Source of the DNA: a virus
IMG/VR virus record: IMGVR_UViG_3300033463_000182
Coordinates: 1-53,902 of that record
Length of the DNA stretch: 53,902 nucleotides
Reading direction: 5' to 3' (one strand)
Part shown: positions 1-8,111 of the stretch, in pieces
Layout of the letters: each line of letters opens with the position of its first letter
Position numbering within the stretch: position 1 is the first letter of the stretch
Program-made: the position numbers and the translations under genes
The notes under the pieces: generated by a model
The model's input: the letters and a program-made list of their open reading frames with translations, nothing else
The model's database searches: none
Told to the model about the DNA's origin: nothing

Positions 1-127
1 TCCCGGATGCGCTCGCGGTAGGTTTCGTCGTCCTCCGCCTCGTTTCCGCCCGTGGCGTCCGTCGCCACAATGATGCTGTTCACGCCCGCGTTGGTAATGG
101 CAAGGCCCATCTGTGTGCCTGTCAGCA
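1..127. repeat. Terminal overlap copy 1, identical to 53776-53902 (circular-contig signature)
   Basis: Read directly: the first 127 nt (tcccggatgcgctcgcggtaggtttc...gtgcctgtcagca) recur verbatim as the last 127 nt. Confidence 0.95.
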
Positions 128-581
128 GGCCGTTTCCCACGCTGCCTGTGCGGTCTGCGATCACGTCCACGGTCACGCTCTGCGCGTAGCCGGTCAGCGT
201 CAAGTCCTCCGTCAGCAGATAGAAGATTTCGCCATCCGCCGTCATGGCCGTGCCCGCCTCCAGCACGTCGGTTTGTCCCGTCGCGTTGCTGGTAATGGTC
301 ACGGTGGCGCGGGCGGCGCTGGCCGCGATGCGGTGGCATCCTCGCTGTTCGCCCAGGATGTTCAGATAATCGCCCACTGCATAGCGGAGCGTCTGCATCC
401 GCAGGGCGTTGTCCACGCCCGCGAAAACCTGTACGATGTCCTCCTGTACGGCCCGCAGCAGCATTTCCTTTTCGTCGCCGGGGTAGAGCACGTCGCCGCC
501 CGCCTCGACGTAGTTAATCATCATCTGTTCCCATATCGCTTCGGGGTCATAGGTCAGATAATGCAATTCGGTATTGTCCAT
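1..581 (-). CDS. Baseplate J-like protein (P2 gpJ / Mu gp47 family), N-terminal part; continues across the circular junction into 53256-53775
   Basis: ATG at 579-581 (minus) gives MDNTELHYLTYDPEAIWEQMMINYVEAGGDVLYPGDEKE.... Joined to 53256-53775 the ORF is 1101 nt (366 aa) and stays in frame through the overlap. Confidence 0.8.
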   Translation of the reverse strand, partial: MDNTELHYLTYDPEAIWEQMMINYVEAGGDVLYPGDEKEMLLRAVQEDIVQVFAGVDNALRMQTLRYAVGDYLNILGEQRGCHRIAASAARATVTITSNATGQTDVLEAGTAMTADGEIFYLLTEDLTLTGYAQSVTVDVIADRTGSVGNGLLTGTQMGLAITNAGVNSIIVATDATGGNEAEDDETYRERIR

Positions 582-597
582 GTTCTCACCGTCCTTT

Positions 598-918
598 CTA
601 TGCCCCTTCGTTAATGGTCACTTCGATAATGACCTTGATATACACGTCGCCGTTTTCAAGCAGCGTCGCTTCCGCGTCCACCACTTCCACGTCCGGCTCC
701 CACATCATCACGCGGTCAAGCTCCGGCAGCAGTTCTACCCGCAGCTCGTCAATGGGCAGATCATACAGCGCCGGGTCGAATCCCCGGTATCTGTCATAGG
801 GCACTTCGCCCATACGGCACATCAGCAGATTTTTGGCGTTTTGCAGCGTCCGCAGGATGATGTCGTCCTCCTGGAAGTTGATCGGGGAGGCGACGTTATC
901 AATCTGGTATTGCGCCAT
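598..918 (-). CDS. Baseplate wedge protein, gpW/gp25-like
   Basis: 106-aa ORF directly upstream of the gpJ-like gene. Size and position match P2 gpW / Mu gp46 / T4 gp25. Confidence 0.65.
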   Translation of the reverse strand: MAQYQIDNVASPINFQEDDIILRTLQNAKNLLMCRMGEVPYDRYRGFDPALYDLPIDELRVELLPELDRVMMWEPDVEVVDAEATLLENGDVYIKVIIEVTINEGA

Positions 919-930
919 GCGTCCCCCTCC

Positions 931-1701
931 TTACTTAACCATGTTCACGCGCTTACCGCCGCCACCGCCGCCGGTGGATTTGGTGGTGGTGGTTTTCTTC
1001 TGTGTGGTGACGGCCTTTGCCGCGCTCACAACGCTTTTGATCTTCGTCACCGCCGTACTTACGGCTTTTGCAAGCGGGCTTTGCGTGGTCGTCTTGCCGG
1101 TCAGGGCGTTCTTGACCTTCGTAACCGTGTCTTTGACCTTGTTGACAACGGTTGTTACGGCTGTCTTTATGCCGTCCGCGACCTTCTGCAATACGTTGGT
1201 TGTGGTGGTCTTTTTGGTGGTTGTCGTCGATTTCTTTTTGACGGATGTTTTGTTGCTTCCTCCTCCGCCTCCACCGCCGCCGCTGGAGCCTCCCGTGCTG
1301 CCGTCGTTCTTACTGCATTGCTTGAAGGTTAGCTTTACGTCGGCCTTGACCCATTTTCCGCCGTTGGTGATCCCGATTTCGGAAACGCTTGCCTCTGTCA
1401 GCATCAGGCTGCACGTCAGGAGCTTCTTGCTGCCGATATAGAAATAGTCCTTGCTGCCGGATGTGGCCTGATTAACAAAGCTCATGGCTTCGGTCTGCAC
1501 GTCGCATCCGAGCTGCGCGGAAAGGTGCGCCGTCAGGCTGATTTCCTTTGGCTGCCCCTGTTTCCGGGACACATACCCCTGTCCGCCGCTTTCCTTGTCC
1601 TCGGTCTTGCTGCTTCCCTTGATGTTCAGCCCCGTAAAGCTGCGGATCACGCTCGGCGTCACTTCAAACTTGTGCCCGTTCCATCGTGCGATTTCTCCCA
1701 C
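931..1701 (-). CDS. Tail/baseplate protein with a Gly/Thr/Lys low-complexity C-terminal half (possibly Mu gp43-like by position)
   Basis: 256-aa ORF between the tail-X-like and gpW-like genes. The globular N-terminus (WNGHKFEVTPSVIRSF...) is followed by GGGGGGGG, TTTTKKTTTT and repeated KxxK helices. Confidence 0.4.
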   Translation of the reverse strand: MGEIARWNGHKFEVTPSVIRSFTGLNIKGSSKTEDKESGGQGYVSRKQGQPKEISLTAHLSAQLGCDVQTEAMSFVNQATSGSKDYFYIGSKKLLTCSLMLTEASVSEIGITNGGKWVKADVKLTFKQCSKNDGSTGGSSGGGGGGGGSNKTSVKKKSTTTTKKTTTTNVLQKVADGIKTAVTTVVNKVKDTVTKVKNALTGKTTTQSPLAKAVSTAVTKIKSVVSAAKAVTTQKKTTTTKSTGGGGGGKRVNMVK

Positions 1702-1704
1702 GGT

Positions 1705-1941
1705 TTATCCCTCCTTCCACGGGGCGCGATCCGGCATCTTCTCCGTGTCCCCGTCGTCCTCCGGGATTTCCACCACGGGAAGCGCCAGGATTTCGCCGCC
1801 GGTAAAGATCGGGATGGTGCAAAGGGCGGGGTTGGCGTTCAGCAGTTCGCAGGCGTACTTTTCATCGCCGTAAACATTAAGCGCCACGCTGTCAAAGGTT
1901 TCTCCCGCGCTGCATCTGTATCCCTGTCCGCTTAACGTCAT
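1705..1941 (-). CDS. Tail protein X-like small protein (LysM-like fold)
   Basis: 78 aa, overlaps the tape-measure stop. Motif GETFDSVALNVYGDEKYACELLNANP resembles P2 gpX. Confidence 0.55.
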   Translation of the reverse strand: MTLSGQGYRCSAGETFDSVALNVYGDEKYACELLNANPALCTIPIFTGGEILALPVVEIPEDDGDTEKMPDRAPWKEG

Positions 1942-4900
1942 GTGTACACCTCCACCGCATCCCGCATTTTCTTTTCTTCAAACCACTTGTCCAGCCGTTT
2001 CTTGTCCTCCTGGAGCACCTGTTCAACGCCCGTCGCGTCCGCCGCGTTGATGGTCGGGCTGTAAACAATCGTCGTGGGCGTGTGGCCCGCGTCCGCGTTC
2101 AGCCCGCCGAAGCGGGCCAGGATGTCCGGCCAGGTGAAGCCGCTGGCCGCGCGTGCCGCGTCCAGCAGTTCCGCCGTGCGCTCGCTGTGTTCCTCCGGGA
2201 TAGCCCATTCCGGCCCAGCCTCGCCGAAGATCGACGCGCTGGTGGCGCGTCCGCCCTCGGCAAACAGCTTTTTGCCCGCGATGTTGACGGTGATCGTCCG
2301 CCCGTTGTAGCTGGCGATGGCTGCCGCAAGGGCGCTGGTGTTGCCGTTCACGATCTCGGTCAGCACCTTGCCGTCCTCGCCCATGATAACCATGTGAAGG
2401 TCGGTGGCGTCGCCGTTCAGATATTCAAGCAGCGTTTGTCCGTCCGCGCCGTCGATGGTGGCTTGCAGTTGCGTATCGTCCGCGCCCACGTCCACCGTCA
2501 CGCCCTGCTCTTGCAGGCTGGTCATGGCGTCCTCGCCCTCGACCTTCGGCTTGACGGGGATCGCCACGGGTTCCATGTCCGGCATATCGCCCATTTCCGG
2601 CGTCACGGGTACGGTGATCCTGTAATCCTCCGCGTGCTTGCTGGCTTCTCCGTACATGAGTTCCCATGCTGCATAGTCGTACCTGAAAGCGTTTCCTTCT
2701 CCCGCAAGAAAGCTGCTGCTGTCCGCAAGAATCCGCTCAAAGTCGTAATTCTGCATGAGCTGGTCAACGAGATTGTTGTACTCTTTTGCGGCATTGCCTT
2801 TAAGGCTCGCGCTGTTGATGGCCCTTACCGTTCCCTCGTTCACGCTTTGCCCGATGGCGTCGAAATAGGCGCTCATGCTGCCTTTGCCGCTTCCCAACGC
2901 GGCAATGGTCGCCCTTGCTGTCGCCGTAGTATAGTCGCTCTGCCCAAGCAGTACGGCTTCGGCGTTCTTTTTGTTCATCGCACTCGGCAGATGTTCGTCT
3001 GCGTTTGTGTTCATGTAGTCCGCCGTCAGGTTCAGAATATCCCAGGCAGGCTTATCAAGCGCTGTACTATAACCGAAGTTATTGATAAGCTGCTCCATGG
3101 CGTACATCTGCCGCAGCCGTCCGGCCATTGCGGTATCGCCGATTCCTTCATAGTAGGCGATCCGTTCTTCCACGCCCTCGTTGCCGCCCATGCTGCTAAT
3201 CATATAGCCCATGAGGCGTCCAAGCTGTGCGCGGTCTGTGTTCTTCATGCTCGGTATCCAGCCGGCATCTGCGCCCGTATAGACGCTTGCGCCCATCTGG
3301 TCTTTGAGCAGATTATAGATTGTGTCGCTTGTCAACTCGCCGGACATATATTGATTCGCATATCCGGCAAGTATTCCGTAATTCTCCGCCTGCCCGCTTT
3401 GCTGGAGCTGGCTGTCCCACAGCGTAAACAGAAATTCGTCGTAGGCGGCATTGGTTTTCTGCTGCTCCGCCTTGTACTTCGCTTCCGCGCGGGCCAGGGT
3501 TTCCGCGTCCGCCCCCCGGTATTGCAGCCGGAAGTATTCGGTTTCAAACCGATCCTGCTGCGCCGCCAGGATTTCGTCGCGCTCCGTCGTGGCTGTTTCC
3601 GCAAGGCCCTTGATGTCCTCAAGGCTGGCCGTTTGGGCCTGCTTGAGCCACTTATTCATCTTGATATAATCTTCTTCGCTTTGGGCCTCCGCCGCCGCCC
3701 GCGCCACGGCGTCGTTATAGCTTTTCATGTACGAAAGTATCTGTTGATACTCCTCGTCGCTGATTTCGCCGTCCGCAAAGGCGCTGGTCATGGCCGCGCG
3801 CAAGCCCTGGCTGATTGTGGTTGCTTCGGCCATCGCGTCCTCATACGCCTGGTTGGTCAGGTCGATAATCTGCTGATAGGCCGGGTCGTATTCCGCCGTC
3901 CCGTCCCCGCCGAAAAGCGTCTGCCAGTAGCTCATGCTGGCCGCCGTGCTGTTGGCAATGGCCCCCTGTACAGCCAGAAACATATCTTGTCCCAGGCTTT
4001 CCAGCGCGGCCTTGTCTGCGTCGGTCAGCTTCGCGTTGGTAATCATGTCCTGGAACAGCGTCGCGCTGAATGTGCTGCTGGCCGTCTTGTAGGATTCCAC
4101 GCTGTTGTCGAGGGCCTGCTTGAATCCGTCCACTTCGGCATAGGCCGCCTTGAAATCCTCGCCCAGCGTCTTGACGTAGCTCTGGATGCCCTGCGTGTCC
4201 AGCTCCATGTTGCCGAAGTTCTTTGCAAAGTCGGCTTCTTCAAGCTGTTTAATGGCCGTCGCCGCCGCCGTCAGCGCAATAAGGCCCAGGCCGATGCCGC
4301 CCGCCGGGGTCAGTAAATAGCCGATCATGCGGAAAGCGCCGCCCGCCAGCAGCAGGCCGGGGCCTGCCGCCGCGATAACCTCCAGCCCGGACACGAGCGC
4401 GCCGAGCTGGTCGCTGTCCATTTCCGCCAGCTTGTCCACCAGGCCGCCGATAAAGCCGGTAGCCTGTTCAACCTGGCCGGAAAGCTCCTCGCCGACGAGC
4501 TGCTTTAGGCGCTCCACCTTGCTTTCAAAGGTTTCGATCTTGCCGTCCAGCGTGTCCATCATGGTTTCGGCGGCGTACTGGCCGTAGCCCGCCGCGTCGC
4601 CGCCCATCATGGCCTCATACAGCCCATCGTAGCCCTCCGCAGCGCCCCGCAGCAGGGTCAAAGCCTCGGTGATGGTACGGGTCGGGAAGATGGCGGACAG
4701 CACGGACAGCGCCGCGCCGTTGCGGTCTATGTTCTCATAGCCGCCCGCGATGTCGCCCAGGGCGACGTACAGCTCCCGGTAGATGTCCAGCACGTTCTTC
4801 ATCTGCCCCTGCTTCGGGCCGTCTGTATAGAACGCGCTGAATCCGTGGGCCGCCAGCTCCGCGTTGGCCGCCGCCAGCGATTCGTCGTTCAGCAGGGCCG

Positions 4901-5645
4901 CCGTTTCGGTGCTGGTCGCGCCGAGCTGTGCCATGGCCTTTTTGGCCTTGTCCGTCGGGGCGATCAGACGCATCATGGAGTTGCGGATCATGGTGCCCGC
5001 TTCGCTGCCCGTCGCGCCCGCGTTGGCCGTCACGGCGATAAGGGTCATAAGCTCCTCGGTATTGCCAGCAAAGCGCATGGTGCTTCCCATGCGCAGCATG
5101 GCGTCGCCAAACTCGCCGATGGTGCTTGCGCTGCTGTTCGCCGCGAAAGCCCAAAGGTCGATGAAGTTCCCCAAATCCTCAAAGCCGATGCCCGCCGCGT
5201 TGGTGCTTTTTACGATGTAGTTCACCGCTTCGGACAGGTCAAGCCCGCCCGCCTGCGCAAGCTGCATCGCCGCCGGGATGCCACTCATGATCTGGTCAAA
5301 GTCCCAGCCTGCGTGCGCGGCCTCCGATATGGCGTTTGCCACGTCGTTTGTGTGGAAAATCGTCGTCGCGGCCCATTCCGTCGCGGAAACGTCCAGTTGG
5401 GTCATAACTTGGTTCAGTTCCCGCGTGCCGCGCCCGTACACCGTCGAAAGAGCTACCTCCGCGTCGGCCATGCTCTTTTCGTATTCCCGATATACTTTTA
5501 CGCTGTCCTTGCCAAAGTTGATAAGCTGCTGGCTTACCCCGTTGACCATGCTCCCAAGTTCGGTGAGTGTCGCACCCACCTGGGCAAAACCGTTTCCTAC
5601 TCGCGCGTTAATCGCAATAACAGTTTCAAGCGTCTGGCTCGCCAC
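1938..5645 (-). CDS. Tail tape measure protein
   Basis: 1235 aa. The N-terminal TP901-type tape-measure motif region (IGEFGDAMLRMGSTMRFAG..., GSEAGTMIRNSMMRL) is followed by long helical repeats. Lies downstream of the tube and chaperone genes. Confidence 0.9.
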   Translation of the reverse strand: MASQTLETVIAINARVGNGFAQVGATLTELGSMVNGVSQQLINFGKDSVKVYREYEKSMADAEVALSTVYGRGTRELNQVMTQLDVSATEWAATTIFHTNDVANAISEAAHAGWDFDQIMSGIPAAMQLAQAGGLDLSEAVNYIVKSTNAAGIGFEDLGNFIDLWAFAANSSASTIGEFGDAMLRMGSTMRFAGNTEELMTLIAVTANAGATGSEAGTMIRNSMMRLIAPTDKAKKAMAQLGATSTETAALLNDESLAAANAELAAHGFSAFYTDGPKQGQMKNVLDIYRELYVALGDIAGGYENIDRNGAALSVLSAIFPTRTITEALTLLRGAAEGYDGLYEAMMGGDAAGYGQYAAETMMDTLDGKIETFESKVERLKQLVGEELSGQVEQATGFIGGLVDKLAEMDSDQLGALVSGLEVIAAAGPGLLLAGGAFRMIGYLLTPAGGIGLGLIALTAAATAIKQLEEADFAKNFGNMELDTQGIQSYVKTLGEDFKAAYAEVDGFKQALDNSVESYKTASSTFSATLFQDMITNAKLTDADKAALESLGQDMFLAVQGAIANSTAASMSYWQTLFGGDGTAEYDPAYQQIIDLTNQAYEDAMAEATTISQGLRAAMTSAFADGEISDEEYQQILSYMKSYNDAVARAAAEAQSEEDYIKMNKWLKQAQTASLEDIKGLAETATTERDEILAAQQDRFETEYFRLQYRGADAETLARAEAKYKAEQQKTNAAYDEFLFTLWDSQLQQSGQAENYGILAGYANQYMSGELTSDTIYNLLKDQMGASVYTGADAGWIPSMKNTDRAQLGRLMGYMISSMGGNEGVEERIAYYEGIGDTAMAGRLRQMYAMEQLINNFGYSTALDKPAWDILNLTADYMNTNADEHLPSAMNKKNAEAVLLGQSDYTTATARATIAALGSGKGSMSAYFDAIGQSVNEGTVRAINSASLKGNAAKEYNNLVDQLMQNYDFERILADSSSFLAGEGNAFRYDYAAWELMYGEASKHAEDYRITVPVTPEMGDMPDMEPVAIPVKPKVEGEDAMTSLQEQGVTVDVGADDTQLQATIDGADGQTLLEYLNGDATDLHMVIMGEDGKVLTEIVNGNTSALAAAIASYNGRTITVNIAGKKLFAEGGRATSASIFGEAGPEWAIPEEHSERTAELLDAARAASGFTWPDILARFGGLNADAGHTPTTIVYSPTINAADATGVEQVLQEDKKRLDKWFEEKKMRDAVEVYT

Positions 5646-5672
5646 AATCTCACCGCCCTTTATAACGCGGCC

Positions 5673-5870
5673 TTATGCGCCGCAGAGTATTTTCCCCGTT
5701 CCGTCCGGGAAAAGAAAAAAATACACCAGGTCGCCCGTGGTGTAGGTGTTGCCGTTGATAGGTTGGATCGGCGGCGTCTGGATGCCCGCCCGGTCACAGG
5801 AGGCCACGCAATAGCCGCCCGCCTCGACGCTGGCGATATAGCCGCGTTCAATCATCGCGCCCTTTTCCAT
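5673..5870 (-). CDS. Small OB-fold-like tail spike/plug candidate (gpV/XkdR-like by position)
   Basis: 65-aa ORF immediately after the hub-like gene; no diagnostic motif. Confidence 0.3.
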   Translation of the reverse strand: MEKGAMIERGYIASVEAGGYCVASCDRAGIQTPPIQPINGNTYTTGDLVYFFLFPDGTGKILCGA

Positions 5871-5882
5871 GCCGTCCCTCCG

Positions 5883-6818
5883 TTACTGTATCGTCTGGAT
5901 GCACCGAAACAGCTTTGCCCTGGAAGTCTTGTTTTTGAAGTCGTGCTCCGCTTCTTCGATGATCCATTCCCCGGTGCCGTCCGTTCCGCCCGTTATGTCA
6001 ATGCGCGTCATGGCCGAAAAGCCGGGGTTAAAATCCGTTTCAATCGTCAGCGTTTCGTCCTGCCGGTTGTGGTGGAGCAGCAGGCCCCGCGCCCAGCGTC
6101 CGGCCTGGATGTCGTTTCTGGCCGGAAGGTCTGCCGTGATCTGCGCGTGCGTGCTGGGCACGATCAAATCCTCCGCTGTCGCTTTCGCGTAGGGTGTCAG
6201 CACGGTAACGCTCCTGTATTTCCCGCCTCCCCGGCGGTATTCCGTGCCCCGCTGTTTGGCGGTGATCTCGATTGTCTGGTGTGCCTGCCTCTCCTGCGCG
6301 TAGCTGATCCCGATTGCGACGTACTGGCCGTTCACGCATTTAAGTTGCGCGCCCTCCCATTTCAGCAACCGACAAAGGAAAGCCGCCGCGCTTTCGTTCT
6401 CCTGCTGGATGTACGGGATCACGGTATTTCCGTCGATGCCGTACACGGCAAAGCCCATGCCCGTGACCATGCCGCAGGCGCGCATGATTTCCTCAATGGT
6501 CTTGCCGGTAAAGCTCTTGTATTCTTTTTTGCGGGCGATGCAGGGGAGCGCGGTTGCCAATACGCGGTATTTCCCGTCCTCCGGCAATACCGTATTCAGA
6601 TACATCACGCCCGTATCGTAGCCGTTCATGGCGACAATGATCTGGTCGTCCTCCTCCGGCCCCCAGTTGTACCAGCCCGCCGCGTTTTCAAACTCAATTT
6701 CCAGGCTGTCGCAGCGCCCGCCGCAAGTGTCCCGCGAAACGCATTTGCGCACTTGCACAAGGTCGGTGATGTCCTTGCCCTGATAGTAGATTTCCACGCC
6801 GCAACCTCCCTTCTGCAA
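5883..6818 (-). CDS. Baseplate hub protein, late-control-D / XkdQ-like
   Basis: 311 aa. Pattern ...KTIEEIMRACGMVTGMGFAVYGIDGNTVIPYIQQENESAAAFLCRLLKWEGAQL... resembles the gpD/XkdQ family. Confidence 0.55.
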   Translation of the reverse strand: MQKGGCGVEIYYQGKDITDLVQVRKCVSRDTCGGRCDSLEIEFENAAGWYNWGPEEDDQIIVAMNGYDTGVMYLNTVLPEDGKYRVLATALPCIARKKEYKSFTGKTIEEIMRACGMVTGMGFAVYGIDGNTVIPYIQQENESAAAFLCRLLKWEGAQLKCVNGQYVAIGISYAQERQAHQTIEITAKQRGTEYRRGGGKYRSVTVLTPYAKATAEDLIVPSTHAQITADLPARNDIQAGRWARGLLLHHNRQDETLTIETDFNPGFSAMTRIDITGGTDGTGEWIIEEAEHDFKNKTSRAKLFRCIQTIQ

Positions 6819-6854
6819 AGAAACGGCGGCGAGATCGTCCCGCCGCCGCTGTTT

Positions 6855-7495
6855 TTATCCGCCGTGCTTCCGCTTTTCCATCACGTCGCAAATGCTCACG
6901 AACACCTGATAGAATCGGCGAATGGTCATATTCATAAAATCAGGTATCGACGTGTGCGTGACCATGCCTGCGATGATTACTTTTTCGAGATACGCAGACG
7001 ACCCGCCCGCGTCGATGCGGTGAAAAAAAGCGTTGCAAGCTGCACGCCCTCCACCGCGTCGGTCACGCCGATGCGGCTCACGATGTCCTCCATGTCCACG
7101 TTGTCCATCTGCTTTGCGGCAGCCTTGGCGAACAGGGAAAGCGCCTGCCGGTAGGTGATGCGGTGATAGGCGCTGCTGTTGGCGTTGATGTCGCTATCCA
7201 TCGCGTCGGTATATTCCATGCCCGTGAGGGCTGTAAAGTCGTAGATAAGCTCCTTGATCTCCTGGTCGCGGCTGATAAAGGGCGTTTCCAACGTCAGGCG
7301 GCCTTTGCCCTGGCCCATGGCTTCCTGGGCCTCCAGCGTCCGCCTGCGCACTTCCTCCATCTTCTGTTTGAGGATTTCCTGCATTTCCTCCCGCGTCTTT
7401 TGGGGTTCCGCTTCCTTGGCGGCGGGCTGTTCTGTCTTTTCCTCCGCGCCGGTCTGCTCCGGCTGAATGTTCTTGATTTCTTCCATGTCAGACAA
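6855..7495 (-). CDS. Tail assembly chaperone, predicted -1 frameshift fusion product (213 aa)
   Basis: A shift at CTT TTT TTC opens a 55-codon -1 frame (HRIDAGGSSAYLEKVIIAGMVTHTSIPDFMNMTIRRFYQVFVSICDVMEKRKHGG) ending at TAA 6855-6857. 641 nt equals 3n-1. Confidence 0.6.
6977..7495 (-). CDS. Tail assembly chaperone (gpE/XkdN-like), zero-frame product
   Basis: 172-aa acidic ORF between the tube gene and downstream tail genes; ends just after a T7 slippery run. Confidence 0.7.
   Translation of the reverse strand: MSDMEEIKNIQPEQTGAEEKTEQPAAKEAEPQKTREEMQEILKQKMEEVRRRTLEAQEAMGQGKGRLTLETPFISRDQEIKELIYDFTALTGMEYTDAMDSDINANSSAYHRITYRQALSLFAKAAAKQMDNVDMEDIVSRIGVTDAVEGVQLATLFFTASTRAGRLRISKK
7022..7030 (-). 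promoter_or_regulatory. Slippery heptanucleotide T TTT TTC (programmed -1 frameshift site)
   Basis: A7 run at 7023-7029 on the + strand. The zero-frame reading CTT TTT TTC was verified by codon phase from the ATG at 7495. Confidence 0.6.
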
Positions 7496-7575
7496 ATCCT
7501 TTCTTTGAAAGAATCAGGCGGGAAAAGCGCGAGCGTTCGCGCTTTTCCGCGCCTGCTGGTGTTGGTTTTCTCCGC

Positions 7576-8091
7576 TTATTTCAGCAGATTGTCCACGACG
7601 TTGGTACAATCCTTGCCGTTGTACTTGATGAGGCCCGCCATAGCGTCGGCGATGATAACCACCTTGCCGTTGACCTCCTCCTCGTACCGCAGCACGGAAT
7701 ACTTTTCGGTGCTGCCGTAGGGATTGCCGGTTTCGATGTCGCCCTTCTGCGTTTCGACGTGGACACAGGTAATGCGGAATTTCACGCTTTCGTGTGCGAT
7801 CTCGCCCTTGGGCACGTCGTAGCGCTGGCGCGCCGTGCGCGCCTCGATGAAGTGCTTGCCCGGTTCGGACAGGTAGTTGCAGTTCACGCCGTTGTTGTGG
7901 TAGATGGTGAAGTCCATCGCCTCAAGGTGCGTGGTGTCCGGCATGTCCACGTTCATAGCCATGCCGGAGCTTTTCACTTCGGTGGTGGGGTGCTTGATCG
8001 TGGGCAGGCCAAACTTGGTCACGTCCTCGATCTCGCGCTTGTTGTCGAGAATCCGATGCTTCTCAATGTTGCAATATACCTTCTGCGGCAT
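7576..8091 (-). CDS. Tail tube protein (P2 FII-like)
   Basis: 171 aa directly downstream of the sheath gene. FGLPTIKHPTTEVKSSGMAMNVDMPDTTHLEAMDFTI resembles the FII family. Confidence 0.8.
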   Translation of the reverse strand: MPQKVYCNIEKHRILDNKREIEDVTKFGLPTIKHPTTEVKSSGMAMNVDMPDTTHLEAMDFTIYHNNGVNCNYLSEPGKHFIEARTARQRYDVPKGEIAHESVKFRITCVHVETQKGDIETGNPYGSTEKYSVLRYEEEVNGKVVIIADAMAGLIKYNGKDCTNVVDNLLK

Positions 8092-8111
8092 TGTTTAGGC
8101 CCTCCTTTCCT

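Noticed and set aside
1-127. The terminal repeat considered as a biological direct terminal repeat or cos region
   Set aside because: An exact 127-nt length matches a common assembler k-mer overlap, and a structural gene reads straight through it. This cannot be settled without reads, so it is reported only as circularisation evidence.
2082-7154. Very long + strand ORFs (744 aa at 2082-4316, 769 aa at 4845-7154). Similar cases occur at 8091-9656, 12123-14084, 16944-18402, 20880-22829, 45362-46840, 49275-50639 and 51391-52593
   Set aside because: Each is antisense to a well-supported minus-strand gene (tape measure, sheath, protease, terminase, methyltransferase, endolysin, DGR target). They show biased Arg/Gly/Val/His composition and lack an SD. 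They are shadow ORFs typical of GC-rich DNA.
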